Source of the DNA: Clostridiaceae bacterium | Lineage (GTDB): Bacteria; Bacillota; Clostridia; Saccharofermentanales; DTU023 | Reading direction: 5' to 3' | DNA: 62,753 nucleotides | Assembly (NCBI GenBank): GCA_012838355.1 | Contig: DUPJ01000013.1 | Location: 1-62,753 of the forward strand | Part shown: in pieces, positions 20,442 through 28,681 of the stretch | Layout of the letters: the number at the start of each line of letters is the position of its first letter | Position numbering within the stretch: the stretch's first letter is position 1 | Position numbers and translations under genes: made by a program | Notes under the pieces: generated by a model | The model's database searches: none | Told to the model about the DNA's origin: nothing | Seen by the model: the letters and a program-made list of their open reading frames with translations, nothing else

Positions 20442-21062
20442 TTAATCGCCCACCTTGCCGAGAACATCCATGTCCAGATACCCGTCCGGCCGCAGCATCG
20501 CGTCACGGAGGGTGCCCTCATAGCGAAAGCCTGACACTTCAAAGAGGTGCCTGGAACGATGGTTTCCGACCGCCACGCGCGCATATAGCCGGTGGAGCCG
20601 GTTCTGTTTTAGTAAGTGCTCCGTCAACAACCTGATCGCGGCCTTTGCCAGGCCTTTTCCCCGGCTTTCCGGGTCTGTCAGCGCAATGCCGAGTTCGGCA
20701 TTTTTGTTGTCGCGGTCGATCTGGTCAATACTGATCAACCCGATTGGCTTTTTGTCTTTTGAAATCGTCAGGAGAACATCTGTGTCGCCGTTGTTCCAAT
20801 CCTTGAACAACTCGCTGAGTGCCCGTTCGTCATACGTCTTCAGCGTACCCGGCAAATAATAGTAAAGTGCCGCCTCATCCTTAAAAAAAGGTTTGAACGC
20901 AGGGAGGTGTTCTCCCTCTACAGGCAATAATTCAATGTTCGTCCCGACGACTGGCAAGTCGAGGCCAAGTTGTGTACGTGCATTGTTCATTATATAAACT
21001 GGACCTTCAGGTCTCTCATTAACAAGATTTACAGGCGTAGGTTCCTTAATCGATAATAACAT
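20442..21062 (-). CDS. GNAT family N-acetyltransferase (RimJ/RimL-like)
   Basis: 206-aa ORF with an acetyl-CoA-binding core (ELGIALTDPESRGKGLAKAAIRLL). The start may be the internal ATG that gives MNNARTQ. Confidence 0.7.
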   Translation of the reverse strand: MLLSIKEPTPVNLVNERPEGPVYIMNNARTQLGLDLPVVGTNIELLPVEGEHLPAFKPFFKDEAALYYYLPGTLKTYDERALSELFKDWNNGDTDVLLTISKDKKPIGLISIDQIDRDNKNAELGIALTDPESRGKGLAKAAIRLLTEHLLKQNRLHRLYARVAVGNHRSRHLFEVSGFRYEGTLRDAMLRPDGYLDMDVLGKVGD

Positions 21063-21106
21063 AATGATCCGGTGAGGCCATCCATCAATTTGTCATTTTC
21101 AAAAAA

Positions 21107-21136
21107 TTGACAAGCTTTTCGAAGTGAGCTTACAAT
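21107..21136 (+). promoter_or_regulatory. sigma-70-type promoter for tRNA-Pro (and possibly the downstream LbH gene)
   Basis: TTGACA (21107..21112), an 18-nt spacer, then TACAAT (21131..21136). The tRNA starts 10 nt after the -10 element. Confidence 0.55.
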
Positions 21137-21146
21137 GTGCCGACAT

Positions 21147-21223
21147 CGAGGTGTAGCGCAGTTGGCTAGCGCGCTTGCTTTGGGAGCAAGATGTCGGGGG
21201 TTCGAGTCCCTTCACCTCGACCA
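21147..21223 (+). tRNA. tRNA-Pro (anticodon UGG)
   Basis: Acceptor CGAGGTG/CACCTCG, anticodon stem CTTGC/GCAAG with loop TTTGGGA, T arm GGGGGTTCGAGTCCC, and an encoded CCA end. Confidence 0.85.
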
Positions 21224-21261
21224 TTATTCAGACGGCCGGATGCGGTCTTGCGGAGGACAGC

Positions 21262-21930
21262 ATGGAAGCATTGCAAACAAACAGCTTGTTGACCACAGAG
21301 GACACGCTTGCGAAAGGCTTGCTTGCAAACGTGCGTTACCCATGGGAAGCCTTGCCGCTGATCGGTCAATATATCATTCAATTGATATCTACAATCGATC
21401 TTTCCGACTTCAACGAGGTTGCTGACCGCGTTTTTGTCCACAAAAGCGTTCAGCTTGCCCGGAGCGCATGTCTTATCGGACCGGCAATCATCGATGCCGA
21501 CACCGAAATCCGGCACAATGCATTCATCCGCGGCAACGCCCTGATCGGCAAACACTGCGTTGTCGGCAATTCATCGGAGATCAAGAACAGCGTCCTGATC
21601 GCCCGCTGCCAGGTCCCGCACTACAACTATGTGGGAGACGCGATTCTTGGTGTCGGCGCCCATCTCGGCGCCGGTTCGATCGTCTCGAATTTGAAAGCCG
21701 ACAAGTCCAACATCGTCGTGCGTCTCGGCGACGAGCGCCTGGAAACCGGCTTGCGCAAGTTTGGCGCCATCGTCGGCGACGGTGCCGACATCGGCTGCAA
21801 CTCGGTTCTGGCACCGGGCAGCGTCATCGGCAAAGGCACACGGGTGTACCCCCTCTCGCTTGTGCGAGGCTATGTGCCGTCCCATTCAATTTACAAGCAT
21901 CAGGGTGAAGTTGTAGATATTCATGACTGA
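21262..21930 (+). CDS. left-handed beta-helix (hexapeptide repeat) transferase, GlmU C-terminal-like
   Basis: I trimmed the track ORF, which began inside the tRNA, to MEALQTNS with a GGAGGA RBS. Repeated [LIV]G-x4 hexapeptides are visible (IGKHCVVGNSSEIKNSVL.., VGAHLGAGSIVSN.., VGDGADIGCNSVLAPGSVIGKG). Confidence 0.65.
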   Translation: MEALQTNSLLTTEDTLAKGLLANVRYPWEALPLIGQYIIQLISTIDLSDFNEVADRVFVHKSVQLARSACLIGPAIIDADTEIRHNAFIRGNALIGKHCVVGNSSEIKNSVLIARCQVPHYNYVGDAILGVGAHLGAGSIVSNLKADKSNIVVRLGDERLETGLRKFGAIVGDGADIGCNSVLAPGSVIGKGTRVYPLSLVRGYVPSHSIYKHQGEVVDIHD

Positions 21931-21970
21931 TGCTGGAAACGGCATCAGATTCGGAGCGGCAGCGCACATC

Positions 21971-21997
21971 AAAAAAGGGCACGAGCGTGCCCTTTTT
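21971..21997. terminator. bidirectional intrinsic terminator between convergent genes
   Basis: AAAAAA-GGGCAC-GAGC-GTGCCC-TTTTT. The GC-rich stem has an A-tract on one side and a T-tract on the other. It lies between the LbH gene (+) and rbr (-). Confidence 0.7.
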
Positions 21998-22017
21998 AAA
22001 TGCTGTCATGTTTTCGT

Positions 22018-22611
22018 TTACTTCAATGCGACGTACTGTTCAAAATGTGCCTGGCCGTGTTTGCAGGCCGGGCAAACGCGCGGGGCTTCCTGGCCTTCAG
22101 CGAGGTAACCGCAGTTGCGGCATTTCCAGACGACGACTTCATCTCGTTTGAAAACAGAACCGGTTTCCACGAGCTCGGCGAAATAGTTGTAGCGCTCTTC
22201 ATGGTATTTTTCCACTTCGGCTATGTGCTTGAACGATTCGGCCACTTTGTCAAAGCCTTCTTCGGCTGCAGCCTGTCCGAAGTTCTTGTAAAGATCGGAC
22301 CATTCTTCACGCTCGCCGGCGGCGGCGCTTCTGAGGTTCTCGGCCGTATTGCCCAGCGCGACCGGATATCCTGCCGTAAACTCGACCATTTCCGGTGTAT
22401 TGGCGCCAAGTCCTTCAACGAGATGCTTGAAGAAAACCTTGGCGTGTTCACGCTCCTGCTCGGCGGTCTCAATAAAGATGCCTTCGATTTGCCGATAACC
22501 TTCCTTATTGGCAACGCCCGCATAATACGTGTAACGGTTTCTCGCCTGCGATTCGCCGGCAAATGCTTTCATCAGATTCTGCTCGGTTTTTGAGCCCTTA
22601 AGTTCTGCCAT
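22018..22611 (-). CDS. rbr: rubrerythrin
   Basis: 197-aa ORF with a ferritin-like N-domain (TEQNLMKAFAGESQARNRYTYY; ExxH motifs) and a C-terminal rubredoxin-type CxxC..CxxC (CRNCGY..CPACK). Confidence 0.92.
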   Translation of the reverse strand: MAELKGSKTEQNLMKAFAGESQARNRYTYYAGVANKEGYRQIEGIFIETAEQEREHAKVFFKHLVEGLGANTPEMVEFTAGYPVALGNTAENLRSAAAGEREEWSDLYKNFGQAAAEEGFDKVAESFKHIAEVEKYHEERYNYFAELVETGSVFKRDEVVVWKCRNCGYLAEGQEAPRVCPACKHGQAHFEQYVALK

Positions 22612-22698
22612 GTAGTCCTCCCACTAGATGATTCGATGAACAAATTATAACCATAGTATGAAGTACAAGGCAAACCAGCCGGGTCATGATTGCCGCTG

Positions 22699-23436
22699 TT
22701 ATTCAGGGATTTGCATAAGCCGGTCGGCAGATACCTGCAAAGCGGCCTGGCTGAGATGCTGGCGAAAAGGATGAAAGGCAGCGGCAACCGGTTCGGCTCG
22801 CATCTCCATCTGTACTTTTGTTACGGGATGTGTGAAATGCAGACACTCCGCAAACAAGGCAATGGATGGGGTGGCGAGATCCGGCGCGGTGTCCGGGCCG
22901 TAGCGCCGATCGCCGAGCAGCGGGAAATCCCTCGACGCAAACTGCAGCCGGATCTGATGCGACCGTCCGCTGAGAAGCCTGATGTGAGCAAGCGACAAAT
23001 CACGGTCGGGGTCTTTTGCCAGACTGGCAGCAACGAGGTCTGCCGGGCGGCCATGTGCTTCGTCCGTCGTATAATAGCGGCCGTTTTTTGTTTTGGCCGA
23101 GAGAAAGTCTTTCCAGTAAACGGGGCCGTCCGGCAGCGATCCGTGCGTCACAGCCAGATAGTATTTTTGAATATCCTTCTGGCGGAACTGTTCGGACAGC
23201 CGTTTTGCCGCCTTGGACGTTTTCGCGAACAGCATGACGCCGCCGACCGGCATATCAAGCCGGTGGACCAGTCCGAGAAAGACATTGCCGGGCTTTTTGT
23301 CACGTTCCTTGATCATCTGCTGCAGTGTGCTGAGGATGTCCGGCTTGCCGCTGCGATCCGCCTGCGAAAGCATAAATATTGGCTTTACGCAGACAAGAAT
23401 ATGGTTGTCTTCGTACAGAAGCGTTATCGCGTCCAT
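22699..23436 (-). CDS. RluA-family pseudouridine synthase (no S4 domain)
   Basis: 245-aa ORF with the catalytic HRLDMPVGGVMLFAKT motif and a SGRSHQIR motif. Confidence 0.8.
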   Translation of the reverse strand: MDAITLLYEDNHILVCVKPIFMLSQADRSGKPDILSTLQQMIKERDKKPGNVFLGLVHRLDMPVGGVMLFAKTSKAAKRLSEQFRQKDIQKYYLAVTHGSLPDGPVYWKDFLSAKTKNGRYYTTDEAHGRPADLVAASLAKDPDRDLSLAHIRLLSGRSHQIRLQFASRDFPLLGDRRYGPDTAPDLATPSIALFAECLHFTHPVTKVQMEMRAEPVAAAFHPFRQHLSQAALQVSADRLMQIPE

Positions 23437-24299
23437 CGTGTCGTCAATCCAAGGCTGAGCGGGATCCCGCGCAGCGTGCCGTGCAAGCCGAGTTCATCCG
23501 TCTCGTACGTGCCGCCATGCTGTGCCAGCGCGAGTTTCAGGCATGTCTCCGCATTGCCTGGTGTCAGCCCGCTGTACGTATTCAGCAGCACAAACGCGGG
23601 ACCGGCATCCGGCAGCAGCTGACTTAATTGGGAAAGCAGCAAAAAGAGATGCTCTTCGAGCCGCCACATCTCGCCGCCCGGTCCGCGTCCATACGTGGGC
23701 GGGTCCAGCACAATACCGTCATAGCGTCGTCCCCGCCGGATTTCACGCTTCACAAACTTTTCGGCGTCGTCGGCCAGAAATCGCACGGTGACGTCGTCGA
23801 GTCTGCTCAGCTTCAGGTTGTCCCTGGCCTTGCCCAGCATGCCTTTGGCCGCATCGACGTGCACGATTTCCGCCGGATGTGCAGCGGCCATCGCGAGTGT
23901 TGCACCGCCTGTGTAGGCAAACAGATTCAAGAGACGCGGTGATTTGCCGCTTTCCTTCAGGCGCATCACCTCGGCGCAGAGATAGTCCCAGTTCGCGGCC
24001 TGCTCGGGAAAAACGCCCGTATGCTTGAAGCCCATGCTGGAAAGCGAGAAGACCAGTTTCGGGCCATTTTTCAAGCCGTAGGCGATGCGCCATTTATCGG
24101 GAAGCGGCCGCCGCAGCGTCCATTTGCCTCCGCCGGTGCCGGAGCGCGTGTAGAACGCGTCCGTTTCCGGCCATGGTTCATGGGGCCAGAATGCTGCCGG
24201 TTCCGGCCTGACAACGGTCGTCTTTCCCCAGCGTTCGAGTTTTTCGCCGTTACCCGAATCTATCAATTCGTAATCCTGCCAGTTGTCACTGATGAACAA
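23424..24299 (-). CDS. class I SAM-dependent (rRNA-type) methyltransferase
   Basis: 291-aa ORF with LNLFAYTGGATLAMA (SAM motif I) and a VLDPPTYGRGP motif typical of RlmI/RlmK-like enzymes. Confidence 0.75.
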   Translation of the reverse strand: MFISDNWQDYELIDSGNGEKLERWGKTTVVRPEPAAFWPHEPWPETDAFYTRSGTGGGKWTLRRPLPDKWRIAYGLKNGPKLVFSLSSMGFKHTGVFPEQAANWDYLCAEVMRLKESGKSPRLLNLFAYTGGATLAMAAAHPAEIVHVDAAKGMLGKARDNLKLSRLDDVTVRFLADDAEKFVKREIRRGRRYDGIVLDPPTYGRGPGGEMWRLEEHLFLLLSQLSQLLPDAGPAFVLLNTYSGLTPGNAETCLKLALAQHGGTYETDELGLHGTLRGIPLSLGLTTRWTR

Positions 24300-24392
24300 T
24301 CGTGCCTCCGCGGCGTGTCGCCGCCATGCGTCTTCCCTGCAATGCTTGCGCTATAATGGTTTATATTAAACCAGCAAAAGGAATCATGCCAT

Positions 24393-25082
24393 ATGCCCAC
24401 ATCTCACATCCTGATCTGCGACGATGACAATGTCGTTCATGAATCCCTCGGACTTTATCTTGATGCAGAGAACTTTTCGCACGCATCGGCATTTGACGGC
24501 GAACAGGCGCTCCGGATGTTCGAGCGCGAACACCCGAACCTGATCATTCTCGATCTGATGATGCCGAAAATGTCCGGCACCGAAGTCATCCGGGAAATTC
24601 GCAAAACATCGACCGTGCCGGTGATCATGCTGACGGCCAAAAGTGAAGAGATCGACCGGGTTCTCGGGCTTGAACTGGGCGCCGATGATTACATTGTCAA
24701 GCCATTCTCTCCGCGCGAGGTCATTGCGCGGATCAAGGCTGTGCTGCGCCGCATGAACGATCAGAGCAGCACCGTCTCTTCCGTGCTGCGTTTTCCCGGA
24801 CTTGAAATCAATCTGGACAATTACCACGTCAAGGTCGGCGGAGAACAAGTTCCGTTCACACCGAAGGAAGTGGAGATCCTGCATTTGCTCGCCTCACATC
24901 CGGGACAGGTCATGGACCGGGAACAAATCCTTTCCAAAGTATGGGGCTATGACTATTTTGGCGATACGCGCACCGTCGACACGCATATTAAGCGCATCCG
25001 CCAGAAGATTGATCAGAAAGATGCTGTTTACGGCCTGATTACGGTATACGGCGTCGGTTACAAATTCGAAGCGTCCACGTGA
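24393..25082 (+). CDS. OmpR-family response regulator
   Basis: 229-aa ORF with a receiver domain (ILICDDD..ILDLMMPKMSG) and a winged-helix output domain (LTPKEVEILHLL..TVDTHIKRIRQKI). Confidence 0.9.
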   Translation: MPTSHILICDDDNVVHESLGLYLDAENFSHASAFDGEQALRMFEREHPNLIILDLMMPKMSGTEVIREIRKTSTVPVIMLTAKSEEIDRVLGLELGADDYIVKPFSPREVIARIKAVLRRMNDQSSTVSSVLRFPGLEINLDNYHVKVGGEQVPFTPKEVEILHLLASHPGQVMDREQILSKVWGYDYFGDTRTVDTHIKRIRQKIDQKDAVYGLITVYGVGYKFEAST

Positions 25083-26899
25083 GATCATCGCTCCTCTTCC
25101 GCCGCGTCTTTACGCTTCTCGCCGCCGCCCTGATTCTCTGGATTGTTCTGACGGCCATTTTGTATGCCTTTATTGCCCGCCCTGTTTTCACGGATATGAA
25201 GGCGCGGGAAATCGAGCCGCTGGCGCATATTCTGGCTGATCGCGCCGGTCTGACCGACGACTCCCTTGACAACTTTGTGCACGAAACGGTGGGCTACGCC
25301 AACGAGATGTTCGGCAACTGGATGTTTGTCATCAGCCGCAATACACCTTTTATATTTCATACGCCGCTTCCGGACAGCATGACGTCGATCCGCCAGGAAA
25401 TCGTCTCCACCGTTTCCGATGCAGATCGTCAGCTTGCAAAAGCGGATTCGGTCGTTTTTACGAAATCATTCAAGGGACAAAGCAGCGCGTTTTTGTTCGT
25501 CGTGGTCCCGATTGGCGCGCCTCTGGACGGCCCGGGATCGCTCGCCATTGTACAGCCGATGTCGGAGATCAACGCCGGCATTCTGAGCCTCAATCTGGCA
25601 CTGCTGACATCATCGCTGGCGATCCTCCTCATCATGATCGTACCGATCATGCTCGCAACCATGCGCATCCTGAAACCGCTCCACTCGGTGCGCCGCGTGG
25701 CCATGGCCATGAGTGCCGGCGACTTCTCGCAGCGGGCGGATGAATCGGCCAGCGGCGAATTCCATGATCTGGCCGTGGCTGTCAATCACTTGGCCGGCGA
25801 ACTGTCCAGTCTGATTGCACAGCTCACATTCGAGCGAAATCGGCTGCGCCAGATACTGAACAGTATTGCGGAAGGCATTATCGCCGTTAACAAGGAAGGC
25901 CTCGTGACCGAGTGCAATTTGAAAGTCTGGGATGTGTTTGGCGTCACGACCGATATGTCGCGTCCGCTTTCACCCGACGTATTCTTGCAGACGACAAAAC
26001 TGAATGAATTCTTCCACGATGCCATGACGATGAAACAGGACGTCGCCCATGTCATCAGCAAGGATCACCGTCAGATCTACTGCCTGATCACCCCCCTGAT
26101 CAATGAACGGGGCACACATGATGGAGCGGTCGGACTGTTTCGGGACATCACGGAAAGTGAACGACTGGAACAGACGCGCCGCGACTATATTGCCAACGTT
26201 TCGCACGAACTGAGGACGCCGCTCACGGCCATGCGCGCATTGCTCGAGCCGCTGGCCGAAGACATGGTGCGCAAGGAAGACGACAAAAAGCGCTATTACG
26301 CCATCCTGCTGCGGGAAACGATGCGTCTTTCCCGACTGATCAACGACATGCTTGAATTGTCCAGATTGCAGGCCACAGACGACAGTGCCGAACTATGCAT
26401 CGTCCAGCTGGAGCCAATCATCTCGAATGTGCTGCAGCGTTTTCAGCCAGTCGCAGAAGAACACGATGTCAGCCTGAGCGCTCCCGGTTCCATGTCCGAC
26501 TGCCCGAACGTCTGGAGCGATCCCGACTGGCTTGAACAGATTATTGCCATCTTTGTCGACAACGCGATCAAGTTCACGCCCAAAGGAGGCGACATCACGC
26601 TTGGCATCAAAGCGGATTCGGATACGGCAGCGATCAGCGTGCGCGACAGCGGCGTCGGCATAGCACCGGAAGATATCGATCATGTGTTTGACCGTTTTTT
26701 CAAGGCCGACCGTGCTCACAATGAACCGGGCACCGGTCTCGGTCTGTCCATCGCCAGTGAAATTGCGCGACAGATTCACGCAACGCTGTCTGTCAAGAGC
26801 GAACCGGGCGAAGGTTCCATCTTTACCGTCCATGTCCGGACTGCCGATGCGGCCATCAAGGATATGCCGGTCACGATTGACGCAGAGGAGTCCCCATGA
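25079..26899 (+). CDS. sensor histidine kinase (2 TM, HAMP, PAS-like, HisKA, HATPase_c)
   Basis: 606-aa ORF with the H-box SHELRTPLTAM, an N-box VDNAIKFTP, and G-boxes DSGVGI and GTGLGLSI. It overlaps the response regulator stop (GTGA). Confidence 0.9.
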   Translation: MRSSLLFRRVFTLLAAALILWIVLTAILYAFIARPVFTDMKAREIEPLAHILADRAGLTDDSLDNFVHETVGYANEMFGNWMFVISRNTPFIFHTPLPDSMTSIRQEIVSTVSDADRQLAKADSVVFTKSFKGQSSAFLFVVVPIGAPLDGPGSLAIVQPMSEINAGILSLNLALLTSSLAILLIMIVPIMLATMRILKPLHSVRRVAMAMSAGDFSQRADESASGEFHDLAVAVNHLAGELSSLIAQLTFERNRLRQILNSIAEGIIAVNKEGLVTECNLKVWDVFGVTTDMSRPLSPDVFLQTTKLNEFFHDAMTMKQDVAHVISKDHRQIYCLITPLINERGTHDGAVGLFRDITESERLEQTRRDYIANVSHELRTPLTAMRALLEPLAEDMVRKEDDKKRYYAILLRETMRLSRLINDMLELSRLQATDDSAELCIVQLEPIISNVLQRFQPVAEEHDVSLSAPGSMSDCPNVWSDPDWLEQIIAIFVDNAIKFTPKGGDITLGIKADSDTAAISVRDSGVGIAPEDIDHVFDRFFKADRAHNEPGTGLGLSIASEIARQIHATLSVKSEPGEGSIFTVHVRTADAAIKDMPVTIDAEESP

Positions 26900-27636
26900 G
26901 AATCAACCAGTACATCGCAAAAAGCGGTTATTGCAGCCGCCGTGAGGCCGACCGGCTGCTTGCGGACGGGAACGTCACGCTGAATGACAGGCCGGCTTCT
27001 GTCGGCGCGGACGTTAAGGCTGGTGATGTGGTCAAAATTAACGGCAGGCGAATCACGCCGAAAACGAAAGGCGAACTGGTATATCTCGCGTTCCACAAAC
27101 CGGTCGGCGTCACCACCACGACAGATCTGCGACGGCGGGACAACATTATTGCCTTCATCAACTACCCCGAACGCATCTTTCCTGTCGGCAGACTCGATCG
27201 TGACTCGGAGGGGCTGATCCTCCTCACCAACGACGGTGATATCGTGAATCGCATTTTGCGCGCGGAGTACGGTCATGAAAAGGAATATGAAGTTACGGTC
27301 GACAGGCCGCCGACCAGCGCCATGCTGGCCGAAATGGAAAGCGGCATCATGCTTGACGGACGGATGACACTGCCGGTAAAAATAAAAATGACCGGAAACC
27401 GGTCATTTCGAATCGTTCTTCGTCAGGGGCTAAATCGCCAGATCCGCCGCATGTGCGAAGCGGTAGGGCTTCAAGTGACGAAATTGCAGCGGCTTCGCAT
27501 TATGCATGTCACGCTCGGAAATCTGAAACCCGGCACGTATCGCCTGCTCACACCGAAAGAAATGAGGGACATGCGACTTCTCCTCGAACAGGCAGAAGCG
27601 GAGGCTAATCCGCGGCCGCCTCGAACACCTTCTTAA
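26896..27636 (+). CDS. rluF: 23S rRNA pseudouridine synthase, RluF-like (S4 + RsuA-type catalytic domain)
   Basis: 246-aa ORF with MRINQYIAKSGYCSRREADRLL (S4 domain), the catalytic GRLDRDSEGLILLTNDGD motif, and GLNRQIRRMCE. Its ATG overlaps the kinase stop (ATGA). Confidence 0.85.
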   Translation: MRINQYIAKSGYCSRREADRLLADGNVTLNDRPASVGADVKAGDVVKINGRRITPKTKGELVYLAFHKPVGVTTTTDLRRRDNIIAFINYPERIFPVGRLDRDSEGLILLTNDGDIVNRILRAEYGHEKEYEVTVDRPPTSAMLAEMESGIMLDGRMTLPVKIKMTGNRSFRIVLRQGLNRQIRRMCEAVGLQVTKLQRLRIMHVTLGNLKPGTYRLLTPKEMRDMRLLLEQAEAEANPRPPRTPS

Positions 27637-27883
27637 TCTTTTTGTAGGACGGTCTGCCTTCAAATATCTTTTTCCCGCCGACAAAGAATGAGGGCACGAA
27701 ATAATAATTGTGTGCGTTCGCGATCGCCGTCTCGTTCAGTTCATTGACTTCGCGAATCGGTATGTCCTTATATTCCGGATGGCGGACAAATAGCTCCGCC
27801 ATCAGCTGACGTGCACGCAAGCAGTGCGGGCACTGCGGCAGGTGGAAAAATAAAATCTGCCTGTCATCTGCTTTTTCGTTCAT
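27605..27883 (-). CDS. thioredoxin-fold / glutaredoxin-like protein with a CPHC active site
   Basis: 92-aa ORF with FFHLPQCPHC..VPSFFVGGKKI, which looks like a glutaredoxin-type fold. No signal peptide. It starts 3 nt after the stop of the upstream small ORF. Confidence 0.65.
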   Translation of the reverse strand: MNEKADDRQILFFHLPQCPHCLRARQLMAELFVRHPEYKDIPIREVNELNETAIANAHNYYFVPSFFVGGKKIFEGRPSYKKIKKVFEAAAD

Positions 27884-27886
27884 GCA

Positions 27887-28087
27887 TTATCCTGCTTTCC
27901 TGTATCGCGCGCTGAGCGGCTTTACGTTGGTCGCCTGCGGAAGCGGTACCGGTTCAGTAACGTCCAGCAGATCCTGCCACTCAACATAACGCTTCGCTTC
28001 AAGCTTTTCAAAATGGCGCATCATCCCGTAACCGGTGAGACCTGTGCCGGCCAGAACGAGAAAAAGGAGTGCATTGATCAACGGCAT
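27887..28087 (-). CDS. 66-aa single-pass membrane protein, unknown function
   Basis: N-terminal TM helix (LINALLFLVLAGTGLTGYGMM) followed by a basic stretch. A GAGGA RBS lies 7 nt upstream. It is the first gene behind the LexA-box promoter. Confidence 0.5.
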   Translation of the reverse strand: MPLINALLFLVLAGTGLTGYGMMRHFEKLEAKRYVEWQDLLDVTEPVPLPQATNVKPLSARYRKAG

Positions 28088-28119
28088 ATCGGTATCCTCG
28101 CGAACTTTTTGTTGTTCCG

Positions 28120-28168
28120 AGTATAACCGAACAATTGTTCGCAGTCAATCAATGCGAACAATTGTTTC
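28120..28168 (-). promoter_or_regulatory. near-consensus sigma-70 promoter with two LexA (Cheo/SOS) boxes
   Basis: On the minus strand: TTGACT (28148..28143), a 17-nt spacer, then TATACT (28125..28120). A perfect palindrome CGAACAATTGTTCG (28128..28141) fills the spacer. A second box, GAAACAATTGTTCG (28155..28168), lies just upstream of the -35 element. Both fit the Firmicute LexA consensus CGAAC-N4-GTTCG. Confidence 0.7.
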
Positions 28169-28681
28169 CTAAACGTGATCCGCGTCGTAATCCAGCGTCA
28201 GCGTTGAAAGACCGGTCGTCAGCGCTTCATAGGCAACGCCGGCGGCATCAAACATACGCTTGGACGCAATCACCGGATCTGTGTCTTTGTATTTGTCGGA
28301 AAGATAGTAGACGTGCCGGATGCCGCTTTGAATGATCGCTTTGCTGCACTCATTGCAGGGAAACAGCGGCACGTATATTTTGCAGCCTTCCAGATTGAAA
28401 CCGGAGCTGTTCAGGATGGCGTTCAATTCGGCATGCGTGACATACGGGTACTTGGTTTCAAGGTAGCGGCCTTCTCTTGCCCACGGAAACAGATCGTCGT
28501 CGCAGCCGCGCGGAAATCCGTTGTAGCCGATGCTTACGATTTTGTTCTGGTCATTCACGATACAGGCGCCAACCTGCGTGTTCGGATCCTTGCTGCGCCT
28601 TGCGGCGAGCAATGCGATTCCCATGAAATATTCATCCCAGGAAATATAGTCCTCGCGCTTGCTCATTTTCAGTCCTTTCAA
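28169..28681 (-). CDS. comEB: deoxycytidylate (dCMP) deaminase
   Basis: 170-aa ORF with the zinc motifs HAELNAI and PCNECSKAI. The start may be the ATG at 28666 (MSKREDY). Confidence 0.88.
   Translation of the reverse strand: MKGLKMSKREDYISWDEYFMGIALLAARRSKDPNTQVGACIVNDQNKIVSIGYNGFPRGCDDDLFPWAREGRYLETKYPYVTHAELNAILNSSGFNLEGCKIYVPLFPCNECSKAIIQSGIRHVYYLSDKYKDTDPVIASKRMFDAAGVAYEALTTGLSTLTLDYDADHV

Noticed and set aside
18799-21223. tRNA-flanked segment as a possible integrated mobile element or genomic island
   Set aside because: I saw no integrase or recombinase gene, no direct repeat of a tRNA 3' end, and no obvious compositional shift. I keep it only as a low-interest observation about the hypothetical protein.
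22612-22698. Possible PerR/Fur-type box near the rubrerythrin promoter (GGTTATAATTTGTTCAT)
   Set aside because: It only partly resembles the TTATAAT-N-ATTATAA consensus. The TATAAT is more simply the -10 element.
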